A stretch of 63,338 nucleotides of DNA, counting the filler, from Octopus bimaculoides (Eukaryota): the NCBI RefSeq assembly GCF_001194135.2. It is 4 parts of 4 records of this genome, joined end to end, with 100 filler letters (N's around TTAATTAATTAA, not from the genome) between each part and the next. Parts side by side here need not be neighbours in the genome. Positions count along the whole stretch, not along the records: positions 43,133 to 56,233 come from NC_069001.1; positions 56,334 to 63,338 come from NC_069003.1; 2 more parts are not named here. The stretch is one strand, 5' to 3'. Position 1 is the stretch's first letter; each line of letters starts with the position of its first letter. The notes under the pieces are model-generated. The model was not told the origin of the DNA. It did no database searches and worked only from the letters and a program-made list of their open reading frames with translations. This document shows, one piece after another, positions 51,505 to 63,338 of this stretch. The position numbers were made by a program, and so were the translations under genes.

Positions 51505-51610
51505 CCTTCGACCTCATCCTTGGCTGCATTTGATGAAGTTCATTCCGTCTCAAGCATTCCGGAATGATTTCGGAGACCCAAAGAAGGTTATGGGCTCTGC
51601 GTTTCCGCAT
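51505..51610 (-). CDS. Candidate exon starting with ATG (MRKRRAHNLLWVSEIIPECLRRNELHQMQPRMRSK)
   Basis: Acceptor ttatagtttatatag|ATG and weak donor G|gttaaa. Lies ~480 bp downstream of a YY1-motif exon candidate. Confidence 0.25.
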
Positions 51611-52088
51611 CTATATAAACTATAATAAAAGTCTATTCACACCCAAAGAATCTTACATTCATACAAAGCTGCATTTACGAACCTGTCTCTATACTACCGT
51701 GCTGTCTATTTGTACTAGACCACAACTATGTTGCCTGAGAGACACCAACACACTAAATTTATGGTCTATTTCTAAGGTTTTCACATCAGCTATAGATCTT
51801 TGCACTATGAAATAAACTATGATAATGTTTAGCAAAGAGTGTGACGCTACTTATGGGAACAACACACCTCTGGATAGCATCCACACATTTACAGTCATCC
51901 ACACACACCCCCACCAAATTAAACAGCTTGTACTACCTATATACTGTCTCCATGAACAGAGAGCTTGAAACAGTCCTTCAACAAAGAGATGCCTACTGTC
52001 TAAAGTCTCATTCTTTTGTCAAAGAAATAGCATATATTTGTGAAATAAGACCTAGGTAGTTATGGTTGAGATACATTTCATCGTAAAC

Positions 52089-52119
52089 CTGTTTGTGTTA
52101 AGGTCTGGCCGCCATTTTG
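52089..52119 (-). promoter_or_regulatory. YY1-type motif CAAAATGGCGGCC with downstream donor; candidate non-coding first exon
   Basis: CCGCCATTTT at 52109-52118 (second copy at 53239-53248). Donor CAG|gtttac at 52088. The ATG opens only MAARP*. Confidence 0.35.
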
Positions 52120-52500
52120 AAATATGACTTTTACAACATACCGTTGACAGGGTATTTCTTTATTTCTTTATTTTTTTTCTTTAAGGAACAGCTTTAGCAC
52201 TTTAATATATTAAGAAAGGCAATAGATATACAACAATTTTACACGTGTATGAAATTGTGATGCAGTATATAACTGTTTTTGTGTGTATATGCTTAAGCCG
52301 TATAATATGTGGATTTCGTGAATTGCTATATATGGTAATGCGTTTAATTTTATCTCGCTCTGAAGGTCGTATGTACTATAGTGTGTATTTGTAAATATGT
52401 TACTGTATTGACCTGCATAGACACATCTAGGCCATGTCATGTGCGCGAGTACGTATATGTGTGTGTGTGTGTGTGTGTGTGCGCGCGCACNNNNNNNNNN

Positions 52501-52545
<45 letters not shown>

Positions 52546-53854
52546 AGAATGGCGTTTACGTTTTTATATCGTTCACCACGTAGAATCTAGTTGAATGCCA
52601 TTATGCACATAATATATATACAGAGAAGGATATAGATATACATATATGTATGTGTATGTGCATATATGTGTGTGTATGTATATGGTGTGTGTGTGTGGAT
52701 GTGGGTACGTGTATGTATGTATGTATGTATGTATGTATGTATGCATGTATGTATGTATGCACTATCTGCTGCTCTCGGTTTCTTGTCTTGTCAATTTTGA
52801 ACGAATAAATAACTCCGCTCCATATCTTGTGTACCATTCTTTCCTAGTTGTGTGTGTGTGTGTGTGTGTGAATGCATTTACTTGCATATATGTATACGTA
52901 CTTATGTGTACGCGTGAGTGTTTGTTGTCTGCCTGCATTGTGCGTGTCTATACGCTCGTGTATGTGAATGTGTATGTAGGTATGTGTCTGTGCGTGTGTA
53001 TGTTTATCCAGTTAAGCTTGCGGAACTGTTGATATCTTAATAAGAAGGAAATAAATCAAATAAAAATTGAAACAAAATGGAGGATACAAAAAATGCAACA
53101 ACAATTACTATATAAACTTCGCCATCGTTTATCGCCAAAATCAATAACCATCGTATAATACCCAGTCAAAAACATTTTTAAATACACACACGAACCCACT
53201 CATACACACACACATATATATACACATTTGTACACAAACCGCCATTTTATTTCTCTTTATTTCTTTATTTTTTCTGTTTATTTATTTTATATTTCTTTTT
53301 TTTTTTCGTCCTACATAAACGCCGTTTATTTCAATAACAGCATTAAGCCCATTATTGGCGCTAATACTAACTAACAATAATCCTGGCTTCCTGAATTTTA
53401 ACGATTTAAAAATAAAAGATAAATAAAATTATTGAAATAAGAAAATAATTAAAAATGAAATTTTAAAAAAAAGTATAATGAATATAAATATATAAAAATT
53501 TGATAAGTGAAAAGTGATAAATTTCAAAAATAAAGCAACAGCAACATTAACAAAATTGGTAATAATAATAATGATAATAATAATAATTTCGAACTTTGGT
53601 ACCGTGAAAGTTATATTAATGGTAATGATGACGATGTTGATTAAGGTGGTGGTGGTGGCGGCGGTTGTGGTGATGGTGGTGGTGATAGTGATGATAATGT
53701 GATGCTGCTGCTGCTGATGATGATGATGATGGTTATTCATTGTTTATTTATATTTAATTTATTTTATTTACATGTTTACTTATTTTTGATAGTAATTAGA
53801 TGAAAAAAAAATTAACAAACATATAAGAACACAAAAAGAAATGTCATTGCACAT

Positions 53855-53897
<43 letters not shown>

Positions 53898-54233
53898 TTC
53901 TTCATATTTTGTTTTACTTTGCTTTGTCTTTTTTTATTGTTGTTGTTTTCATTTATTCTTTAATTTTTCTTCTTTTCCTTCCTGAATAATTTCAGCGTCA
54001 AAATTTTTAACGACACTCGCATATAAAGCCTCCATAATTTACAGCTATTAAACGTTATCTCTTCAACGTTATATACGAAATAATATCATAATCCCAAAAG
54101 TTTTAAGATGGTGTGAATATCCCAAATACACATATATGTCACACAAAGCACACACACACATACACACTAGCATGTACACACGGACACACTCACATATACA
54201 CACACTCACAAATGGTCAAATTCATATTCATTC

Positions 54234-54288
<55 letters not shown>

Positions 54289-54986
54289 NNNNNNNNNNNN
54301 NNNNNNNNNNNNNNNNNNNNNNNNNNNNNNNNNNNNNNNNNNNNNNNNNNNNNNNNNNNNNNNNNNNNNNNNNNNNNNNNNNNNNNNNNNNNNNNNNNNN
54401 NNNNNNNNNNNNNNNNNNNNNNNNNNNNNNNNNNNNNNNNNNNNNNNNNNNNNNNNNNNNNNNNNNNNNNNNNNNNNNNNNNNNNNNNNNNNNNNNNNNN
54501 NNNNNNNNNNNNNNNNNNNNNNNNNNNNNNNNNNNNNNNNNNNNNNNNNNNNNNNNNNNNNNNNNNNNNNNNNNNNNNNNNNNNNNNNNNNNNNNNNNNN
54601 NNNNNNNNNNNNNNNNNNNNNNNNNNNNNNNNNNNNNNNNNNNNNNNNNNNNNNNNNNNNNNNNNNNNNNNNNNNNNNNNNNNNNNNNNNNNNNNNNNNN
54701 NNNNNNNNNNNNNNNNNNNNNNNNNNNNNNNNNNNNNNNNNNNNNNNNNNNNNNNNNNNNNNNNNNNNNNNNNNNNNNNNNNNNNATATATATATATATA
54801 AAGTATATGTATACAGTTTACTTTGCCGTGTTTGTTTTTGTCCTTGTCCTGTACGTCCGTTAGCTATTCCCAGTGGCTTTTCACCGCTGGCTCCATATAT
54901 ATATATATATATATTTACATATATATTCCTCAATGCCGATTACTTTGAATGCATACACAGTTCTATAATATCGTCATATTGTACAG

Positions 54987-55015
54987 GAAGCACGGAAAAT
55001 AGCGGTTCTTCAAAA
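54987..55015 (+). CDS. Candidate 29-nt exon (GSTENSGSSK)
   Basis: Acceptor tattgtacag|, donor AAA|gtatca. Ends in phase 0, consistent with the 55127 acceptor. Confidence 0.28.
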
Positions 55016-55126
55016 GTATCATTTATGGGCGATATTTCGAGGTGAAGATATTTAGAATCCTTTAATAAAGTTTGTTAATCACTGACAAATATGGCATACT
55101 AAAATTTCAATTTCAATTCTTTTTAG

Positions 55127-55237
55127 GATGAACAACTCCTACAAGTTGTACGGAGGTTGTATGCAAAATGTTTGTGCAGTGAGCGTTACAGCGTGTTGTC
55201 CTTCAAAGAGTCAGTAGACGAATTGTATCAAGAATAG
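55127..55237 (+). CDS. Candidate terminal exon DEQLLQVVRRLYAKCLCSERYSVLSFKESVDELYQE*
   Basis: Strong acceptor tttcaattctttttag|GAT and a protein-like 36-aa frame ending in TAG. No homology recognised. Confidence 0.33.
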   Translation, partial: DEQLLQVVRRLYAKCLCSERYSVLSFKESVDELYQE

Positions 55238-55823
55238 CTTCAAATAGTACAGTTGCTCTAAAGAAAGAGTTGAAGTACAATACATGACGCAGGAGAAAAA
55301 TCTATAGCAATCAAGCGAAGTAAAATCATTTTCCGAGTTCAAAAAGAGCAGCAGACGATAAATCGAGACATCAGCTGCAGGAGAAATGGCGAAAATGAAG
55401 CCGAATAAGAAATTTGCACATAAAATAATTTTGTCAAATACGATGGTTAAAACGATTATATAATGCTACTGCACGCCACCGAAGAAAAGGAAAAAAATAA
55501 GAAGGAAAAATTATAAACGTAAGAAAATGAAGGTAAGTTCTAATTCTTTCATAAGCGTTTATCAAATTGGTGCCTATGTCGAAGTTTTCTCTTCTAATTA
55601 CCTTAGTTATGAGGTGTGGTGGCAGTGGCATGGCATTTTCGAACGAGGCAGATATAAAAGATGTTCGCTGTAAAGAGGTCTTTGAAAACTTGCGCCAAAT
55701 CTATACATTTAACTGCCGGCATTTACACGAATAATTGGTCAACGTATTTACTGTCTTTACAGAAATATCTACAATTTAATAAACGGCTTAAACATGGGTG
55801 TTAGTCTTATCGTTGCTTTTACT

Positions 55824-55862
<39 letters not shown>

Positions 55863-56184
55863 TTGCTGTTGTTGGTGTGGGGGTATTTTTGCCGAGACGG
55901 CATAGTTTAAGATACTTCGAAATTGTACACTGTCCATTCTTTGTGACATTGAATAAACGATGAAACAAGATTATGCTAGTTCTCATTATATATAAATATC
56001 TGCATTTGTACATACCCACGCACACATACTCACCTACTTATATGTATATACTTATATATATATAAAGTTATATATATGAATAAATATAATTATATATATA
56101 TATATATATTTGTATATATGTATAGATATAATTATATATATATATATATATTTATATATATGTATAGATATAATTATATAGATA

Positions 56185-56233
<49 letters not shown>

Positions 56234-56333
56234 NNNNNNNNNNNNNNNNNNNNNNNNNNNNNNNNNNNNNNNNNNNNTTAATTAATTAANNNNNNNNNNN
56301 NNNNNNNNNNNNNNNNNNNNNNNNNNNNNNNNN
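56234..56333. other. Artificial assembly spacer
   Basis: 44 N + TTAATTAATTAA (56278-56289) + 44 N. Confidence 0.93.
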
Positions 56334-56599
56334 AGGCACTGTTATATGGACTGTTAGATATGTAATTCGTCTGACGTTCCGTGTGTCATGTGGTTCGTCT
56401 GAGTTCATTGTTTCATTGTTGTTGTCTTGTGGGACTGTCGTAGTAAAATGTCATTGATATATATATGGCGGACATGACTTTTGTTTATTCATAACGAACA
56501 TTGGGTGAGTGCATTCTTTGTATGTAATTGAACAATAAATGTAATAATTAAACTGTATAACTCGTTATGTTATCTCTACGAGTCACCCGAGGGAAACAT

Positions 56600-57030
56600 A
56601 ACAGGCACATAGCCTGAAATTTGGTGGGAGAGGACTAGTTGGTTACATTGATCCCAGTTTCACTGGTACTTAATTTACTGACCCCAAAAGGATGAACGAT
56701 AAAGTTGACTTCGGCAGAATTTGAACTCAGAACATAAAGACAGACAAAATGCTGCTAAGCATTTTGCCCGGCATACTAATGATTCTGCTAGCTCCCCATC
56801 TTAATAGTAATAATAATTTCTACTATAGGCACAAGACCTGAATATTTTGGGGAGAGGGAGCTAGTTGATTACATCAACTCCCACTGCTTAAGTGATACTT
56901 ATTTTGTTGATCCCAAAAGGATTAAATGCTGTCAACCTCAGCACATTTCAACTCGGAATGTATAGCAGGAAGAAATGTTGCTAAGCATTTTGTCTGGCAT
57001 GTTGATGACTCTGCTAGCTTGCCGCCTTCA
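56600..57030 (-). mobile_element. Two tandem SINE-A copies
   Basis: Reverse-complement family A consensus twice, separated by a short TAA-rich tail. Confidence 0.85.
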
Positions 57031-57186
57031 TAATAATAATAGTAATAATAACAACAACAACAATAAATGTTCAAAGTCTCTTAAAAGTATACAGTGTGAA
57101 ATATAATAACAATCCATTTGAACTTTTACAGTCTAATGCGTTAAAACAATATTGTATGTACATTAAAATATTGTATGTCATCACAG

Positions 57187-57279
57187 TTTATAAAGAATTT
57201 GAAGTCAGATGATTTAGATTTTATCCAATCATCTTACAGTTTGCTTTCAAATGCATTGAAGAGTCAGACAAGAAACAAG
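57187..57279 (+). CDS. Candidate 93-nt internal exon FIKNLKSDDLDFIQSSYSLLSNALKSQTRNK
   Basis: Acceptor tgtcatcacag|, donor AAG|gttaac, 31 open codons, phase 0-0. Confidence 0.33.
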
Positions 57280-58868
57280 GTTAACATGATTTTAATGTTA
57301 AAATAAAGAACTAAGGGGAATTTAGCTGAATCTTGAGGTTTTCATACGAACTTGTATTATGGTACTAAATAGAAGTGACATAACAGCTAACAGTAAACAC
57401 AACAGGTCTATGTACATAACAACATTTCGATTTGAGTATGCTAGCATTGATTACATGTGGTGGTTATTAAGATTAATTAAACTGACTTAATTGCCATTTT
57501 GTAAAATTATAATACACTGTAATTTCAGGCATGGCTGTGTGGTTAAGAAGTTTCCTTCCCAACCATGTCTACTATAGCCTTGGGATTGTGAGTGAATTTG
57601 GTACATGGAAACTGAAAGAAGCCTGTCGTATATATGCATATATCTATGTGTATGTTGTTGTGTTCTATTGTGTTTGTCTCTCACCACCACTTGACAACTC
57701 ATGTTGGTTAGTTTGTGGGTCCTTAACTTTTGCAGTTTGGCAAAAGACACTGATAGAATAAGTATCAGACTTAGAAATAAGTACTGGAATTGATTTGATC
57801 AGCAAAACCCTTTAACGGTTTTGACTAGGGCTGTAGTCATTGGACTACAGCCCTAGCATGGCTGTAGTCCAGTGACTGAAGCAAATAACAGATAAATGAT
57901 AACCAAGAATCTGAAGTTTCTAACATCTTTTCCATATTATGAATAAGATTACTTAAAGTGACTTAATGATCATTTTATAGTGTATTTTATAAACTAAAAA
58001 AACTATACATTAAAATTTGAGGAATCTAACATTGCTAAGGTGCTTCCATTCTATCACTGCTATGTCACTACCATTTTGTACAGGAGGTCAAAGTTCATAA
58101 GGAAAACAAAAAAAAAAGAAAAACAAAGAAAAAAGAAACTCTCCATTGTCAGCCACATTTATCAAAATAAGTCATAAAGTTTAAAGAATTGAGAATATCC
58201 AGTACAACAGCTAAGCAATTTTAAATGTTTATAGGGATTGCTTTTTTTCCTAAGGTTTAGTCAGGAAATAGAAGACAACACTTATGATCCTTCTTGGGTC
58301 ATAGGGTGCTGTCCATGACTAGTGAAAGGGGAGGAAGTTATCCTTAGATTAGCGACCCGGCTCAAATGTTTGCAAAGGAGTGGACTCTGCTGAAGACACC
58401 CAAGGGCCAAGTGAAGTCTATCAACTGCACATGAAGAGTAAATCTGGGCAAGAATTTTTGAGGAAGGCCAGCAGTTGCCTGTGCATGCAAGTTTTCCCTG
58501 TCCTTACAAATGATGCCTATCCAAAAGCCATCAACATGGGCCAATACAGCTTAACACCAGTGTTATTGCAGGCATTGCTGTCAGGAAGCAAAGAGCCTGA
58601 ATAGTTGCTATAAGGCATCTTTCTCGACTCTCTGACAGTTCAGTTGATTTTTCCCACCCTAGATTTGTGCCTTTATATAATCAATACATTTCATTAGAAC
58701 AACTCAAATAGCATATATAAATATATTTTGATTAGACAAACAAAGAAGAAAACATTAAAAAAAGAAAGAAAATTAAAGATTTACCAATTATCATTTTTCT
58801 TCTTTTTACCATTTACAAGTAAAAAAAAAAACAACCAACAAACTATGAGATTGAAGAAAATTTACTAC

Positions 58869-59717
58869 CTTTGTTTTGCATAATTCCTGTGCAACATCAA
58901 TGCTGTGAATAGACTCAGAAACAACACCACCAAATTGGGACAAAGGAAAGCTGTCTGTTTCTATGGAAGCTTTCTCCTCATTATCAATGAGATTTAATGC
59001 TAAAGAAGCCTCTTGAGCCTCAGAAATGCCATCAGGAAACTCATCTTCAGAGTGGCGAGACGATAAGTTTAAATCAGTTTCATATGATTTCACCTCAGAT
59101 TCATTGATTGGTGATTTCAAGTTTGATTTTACCACCGTAGCTGTTATTAAGTCTTCGTCCTCATAGAAGCTGTCCTCGCGGATCAAGTTCTGTGTTTTGG
59201 CAGTTTCCAACTTAATATCAGGTTTTGGAGGGAGAGCTGGTTTCAACGGTTGAGTTAGTAGATCAGGACTCAGTTCTGGGTAGGTGTACAGAGGCTCTTG
59301 TAATGGGACTGATTTAGTTTTGTCTGGAAACTCTGCAATTATATTACTTTCTTCTCTAAATTCCAAAGTGTTGGCCACCTGATAATTCTCTTCTAAGCTA
59401 GCAGTTGGTTCAAAAGTAGGGGCAGTAGCAGCAGCAGCAGCAGCAGCAGCTAGCAGAACTGGCTGCTCATAAGTAACAGAAGCATCAACATCAGCATCAA
59501 CATCAACATCAACATCAACAGTAGCCTCAGTAATGGTGGTAGTAGCAGTACTAGCAGCAGCAGTATACAGTGATGAAGGTGGTGGTGGTGGTGGTGTAGG
59601 TGATGCACGTGGTGATGCTAATGGTGATGATAAGGATGATGATGAAGAAGGGACTGCAGAGTTGGAAATAGCATGTGCAGAACTCAGTGGAACAAGTGGT
59701 GCATTTAAATACAGGAT
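58869..59717 (-). CDS. Large low-complexity (S/P/A/T/E-rich) coding exon of an unidentified gene
   Basis: Lies inside the 319-codon ORF, the longest non-repeat, non-gap ORF in the window. Acceptor tctatgtttcttgcctgcag|ATC; putative donor AAG|gtagta; 283 codons, phase 0-0. Contains poly-P, poly-A and KPALPPKP. May instead read through to the stop at 58806. Confidence 0.75.
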
Positions 59718-61451
59718 CTGCAGGCAAGAAACATAGAAGACAACATCGAGAATAGAAACATGCACAATAATTTATAAAGTTAACTGCATCATGCACAAGA
59801 ATTTTCAAAGATATTTATAAAAAAAAAAAAAAGCCGAAATTCAAGTAAAAGGAAAGAAGTTATATTAGAAAAAGATAAAGAAGAAAAAGATATGAGAGAG
59901 CTTTAAGCACTCACATCAAAAAACAAATTTATTTTTCTTAAAAATATGCTTTCAGTTTTTCAGCACACACACACACACACANNNNNNNNNNNNNNNNNNN
60001 NNNNNNNNNNNNNNNNNNNNNNNNNNNNNNNNNNNNNNNNNNNNNNNNNNNNNNNNNNNNNNNNNNNNNNNNNNNNNNNNNNNNNNNNNNNNNNNNNNNN
60101 NNNNNNNNNNNNNNNNNNNNNNNNNNNNNNNNNNNNNNNNNNNNNNNNNNNNNNNNNNNNNNNNNNNNNNNNNNNNNNNNNNNNNNNNNNNNNNNNNNNN
60201 NNNNNNNNNNNNNNNNNNNNNNNNNNNNNNNNNNNNNNNNNNNNNNNNNNNNNNNNNNNNNNNNNNNNNNNNNNNNNNNNNNNNNNNNNNNNNNNNNNNN
60301 NNNNNNNNNNNNNNNNNNNNNNNNNNNNNNNNNNNNNNNNNNNNNNNNNNNNNNNNNNNNNNNNNNNNNNNNNNNNNNNNNNNNNNNNNNNNNNNNNNNN
60401 NNNNNNNNNNNNNNNNNNNNNNNNNNNNNNNNNNNNNNNNNNNNNNNNNNNNNNNNNNNNNNNNNNNNNNNNNNNNNNNNNNNNNNNNNNNNNNNNNNNN
60501 NNNNNNNNNNNNNNNNNNNNNNNNNNNNNNNNNNNNNNNNNNNNNNNNNNNNNNNNNNNNNNNNNNAGTAAAGTAATGCTGAGTAAACAAATTCTGTATG
60601 GTTAGAAGTAGCTAAACATAAGACATAATTATATAAAAATAGTTTAAGGTGAAGGAAAAATAATTTATTTAGGGTCCAAAAATACATATATACGTATGTA
60701 TATATGTATGTATTTGTAGTATCTTAAAATAAATCCTGTCTTATATGCATACTGAGTTTCTGGTGAAAAAGTTTTAAATATTTACGGAAAAAAAAAAAAT
60801 CAAAGCAAATATGAAATATTTCACACATTAAATAAGCATTTAATATTTACATAGAAAGCAGATATATTTGTAATTTCAACATGCATTATAAACTTTAAAA
60901 ACAATGATAATAACATTAAGAAGATGAAGAAGAAAGAGTGGCAGAAAGAAGGAAGGACAGAAAGAAGATAAAGATAAACAATAATAGAATTAGATTCTTC
61001 AGATGGATAAGGGAATAAAGAAATTATCAGATAAGCCAGTGTCAAAAATTTAAGTTGAAGAAAAAAGATTTGATATGTATAAAGATAGCTAGTGTGAAAG
61101 TTTTCTAGTAGAACATTGTCTAAATTTAATTAACTGAGACATTTATATGGATGAGCAGGGCAAGAATATGTATAATGCATGTATGTATATCTCATCTACC
61201 TACTTATAATTTATTTATGTATGAGTGTATATATGTATCTGTGTGTTAAAAAATGGAAACACTTGAGAAGTTACTCTACTACACTAAATTACATGTATAA
61301 CACTTCTCAAACAAACAGGAACCTCCAGTCTCTAGAATGAAATTTCTCAAGTGTTTGCAGCTACAAAAGTCATGTAAATATAAGGTATGTGTGTGAGAGG
61401 AGAGAGAGAGAGAGGGAGAAAGAGAGAGAGGGAGAGAAAGAGAGAGAGAGG

Positions 61452-61494
<43 letters not shown>

Positions 61495-62088
61495 CTATTG
61501 GCAATACTTGGGTTTGCCTGGGTTTATAGAACATGTTCCCAAGAAAGCCACACAATTTATGACCCTTTTGAGATTTACACTGATGTAGTTACCTTCGTAT
61601 AAGACTGTGGCCCATGAACTTGTTACAAATGGATGACTTTTATATACATAGACTATCTATCTATCTATCTTTATATATATATNNNNNNNNNNNNNNNNNN
61701 NNNNNNNNNNNNNNNNNNNNNNNNNNNNNNNNNNNNNNNNNNNNNNNNNNNNNNNNNNNNNNNNNNNNNNNNNNNNNNNNNNNNNNNNNNNNNNNNNNNN
61801 NNNNNNNNNNNNNNNNNNNNNNNNNNNNNNNNNNNNNNNNNNNNNNNNNNNNNNNNNNNNNNNNNNNNNNNNNNNNNNNNNNNNNNNNNNNNNNNNNNNN
61901 NNNNNNNNNNNNNNNNNNNNNNNNNNNNNNNNNNNNNNNNNNNNNNNNNNNNNNNNNNNNNNNNNNNNNNNNNATATATATATATATATATACATACACA
62001 TACACACACACTCACACACTCTACAGTAATGTATTCAGGGTTTTTTTTCCCGCCAGTTTCTAAATCCAAACCTACTCATATCTCTACA

Positions 62089-62135
<47 letters not shown>

Positions 62136-62238
62136 ATGTGTGTGTGTGTGTATGTGTGTGTGTGTGTGTGTGTTGTTACTATTATTAAGATCTGGTTTAG
62201 TTGTCGTTGCTTTTTTACTTCCTCCCAGATTCAGTTAC

Positions 62239-62276
62239 CTTCTCCGCAGTCCTCCTTATGACAAAACTGAGAGCAA
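62239..62276 (-). CDS. 38-nt micro-exon, probably upstream exon of the same gene
   Basis: Strong acceptor ccttagttcttactttcctag| and donor GAAG|gtaact. Reads xALSFVIRRTAEK and ends in phase 0, matching the 59717 exon. Confidence 0.5.
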
Positions 62277-63338
62277 CTAGGAAAGTAAGAACTAAGGATA
62301 AGGAGGTCACCACAACTGTTCTACTAGAAATAGTCGCCTGCTATTTGGCAGTACACATCAATTGATTCCAGCATCACCAGGACAGTAGTAGTAGTAGTAG
62401 TGGTGGTGTTGATGGTGGTGGTAGTGCTAGTGGTAGTAGTGGTCATTGCTGCCAGCGCACACTTATCATATAAAATGTCAGATCAATGGCAAGTTGTAAA
62501 AGAAGAGAGTAAAAGATATACCTATGTATGTAGAGAGAAACAGAGAGAACGGCAGAGAGAGGGGGAGAGAGAGAGAGAGAGAGGGAGATAGAGAGAAAGA
62601 AGCTAAGCATGTTCTGTATGTGATAGGTAGAAGTTATCTGTGTACTGATGTTTGTGACTAACAACTTGCTGGCCTGACTGCACTACACTGCACTTAAAAG
62701 TACACTATTGTACTGTATACTATAATGTAGTATAATACTATAGTATATTGTACTCAGACTGTACTTTACATTCTGAGTTCAAATCCCTCCTAAATCAACT
62801 TTACCTTTCATCCTTTCTTGGCTGGATAAGATAAAGTAAATAAAGTACCAGTCAAATTCAGGCCTAATACCTATGCTACAAACTGCAAGCTAATCAGTAG
62901 TAATATCAAACACATGCATTCATTTACACAAACACACATGCAAGTGCAGGTGTGGCAATGTTGTTGAGAAGTTTGCATCCTAATCACATGGTTTTGGGTT
63001 CAGTCCCACTTCAGGGCACTTTGGGCAAGTGTCTGTCGCTATAACCCCAAACCAACCACAGAGCCTTCAGTGGATTTGGTAAAGGAAAAACTGAAAAAAG
63101 CTCATTTTATATATATATATATATATATAAGTCAGTAAATAGTGGGGTTGTGTTAACCGCACGTGGAGAAATAATAGGAAAATGTAAAAAAGCCAGAATG
63201 CTGAACTGGGAGCATAATTTAATGAAGATTTTTTCTAACCGGTTTTCATTGCGATGAAGCAAATTATCAAGAAGAAGGAGAATGAAAATGTTTTTTTTAC
63301 AAAGAAGTACAAAAAAGTACAAAATGAAGAAAATAATA

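Noticed and set aside
59551-59808. Cys-rich alternative frame DPVFKCTTCSTEFCTCYFQLC resembling an IBR/RING finger
   Set aside because: Overlaps the much longer open frame, ligand spacing is incomplete, and it degrades into microsatellite-derived I/T/C runs.

Overview
Eukaryotic, AT-rich, microsatellite-saturated draft genomic DNA with many N gaps. It is not prokaryotic: there are no operons, rRNA, intact tRNA or CRISPR. The tRNA-derived SINE families, RTE LINE relics and (CA)/(TA)/(GA)/(ATT) load point to an octopus (inference). Three identical 100-bp spacers (44 N + TTAATTAATTAA + 44 N) at 14565-14664, 43033-43132 and 56234-56333 are artificial joins, so the window is four separately assembled pieces. 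Best-supported gene: coding exons 1-3 of an LRRC34 orthologue on the minus strand (18849-14738), cut off at the first join. Weaker gene evidence: a 15-nt first coding exon 'MASME' (plus, 24485); an 849-nt low-complexity exon and a 38-nt micro-exon of an unidentified minus-strand gene (58869-62276); and several low-confidence exon candidates. Mobile elements dominate: a full-length dead mariner interrupted by a SINE with a clean TSD, a pogo/Tigger fossil, RTE LINE fragments, dozens of copies of three SINE families (often nested or inverted), fold-back/MITE-like elements and a tandem pair of ~500-bp (TAA)-tailed elements. I found no convincing novel biological system. The best leads are unexplained hairpins, inverted SINE pairs inside introns (potential ADAR substrates), a SINE-body tandem, and unidentified exons. 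All translations and alignments were done by eye.
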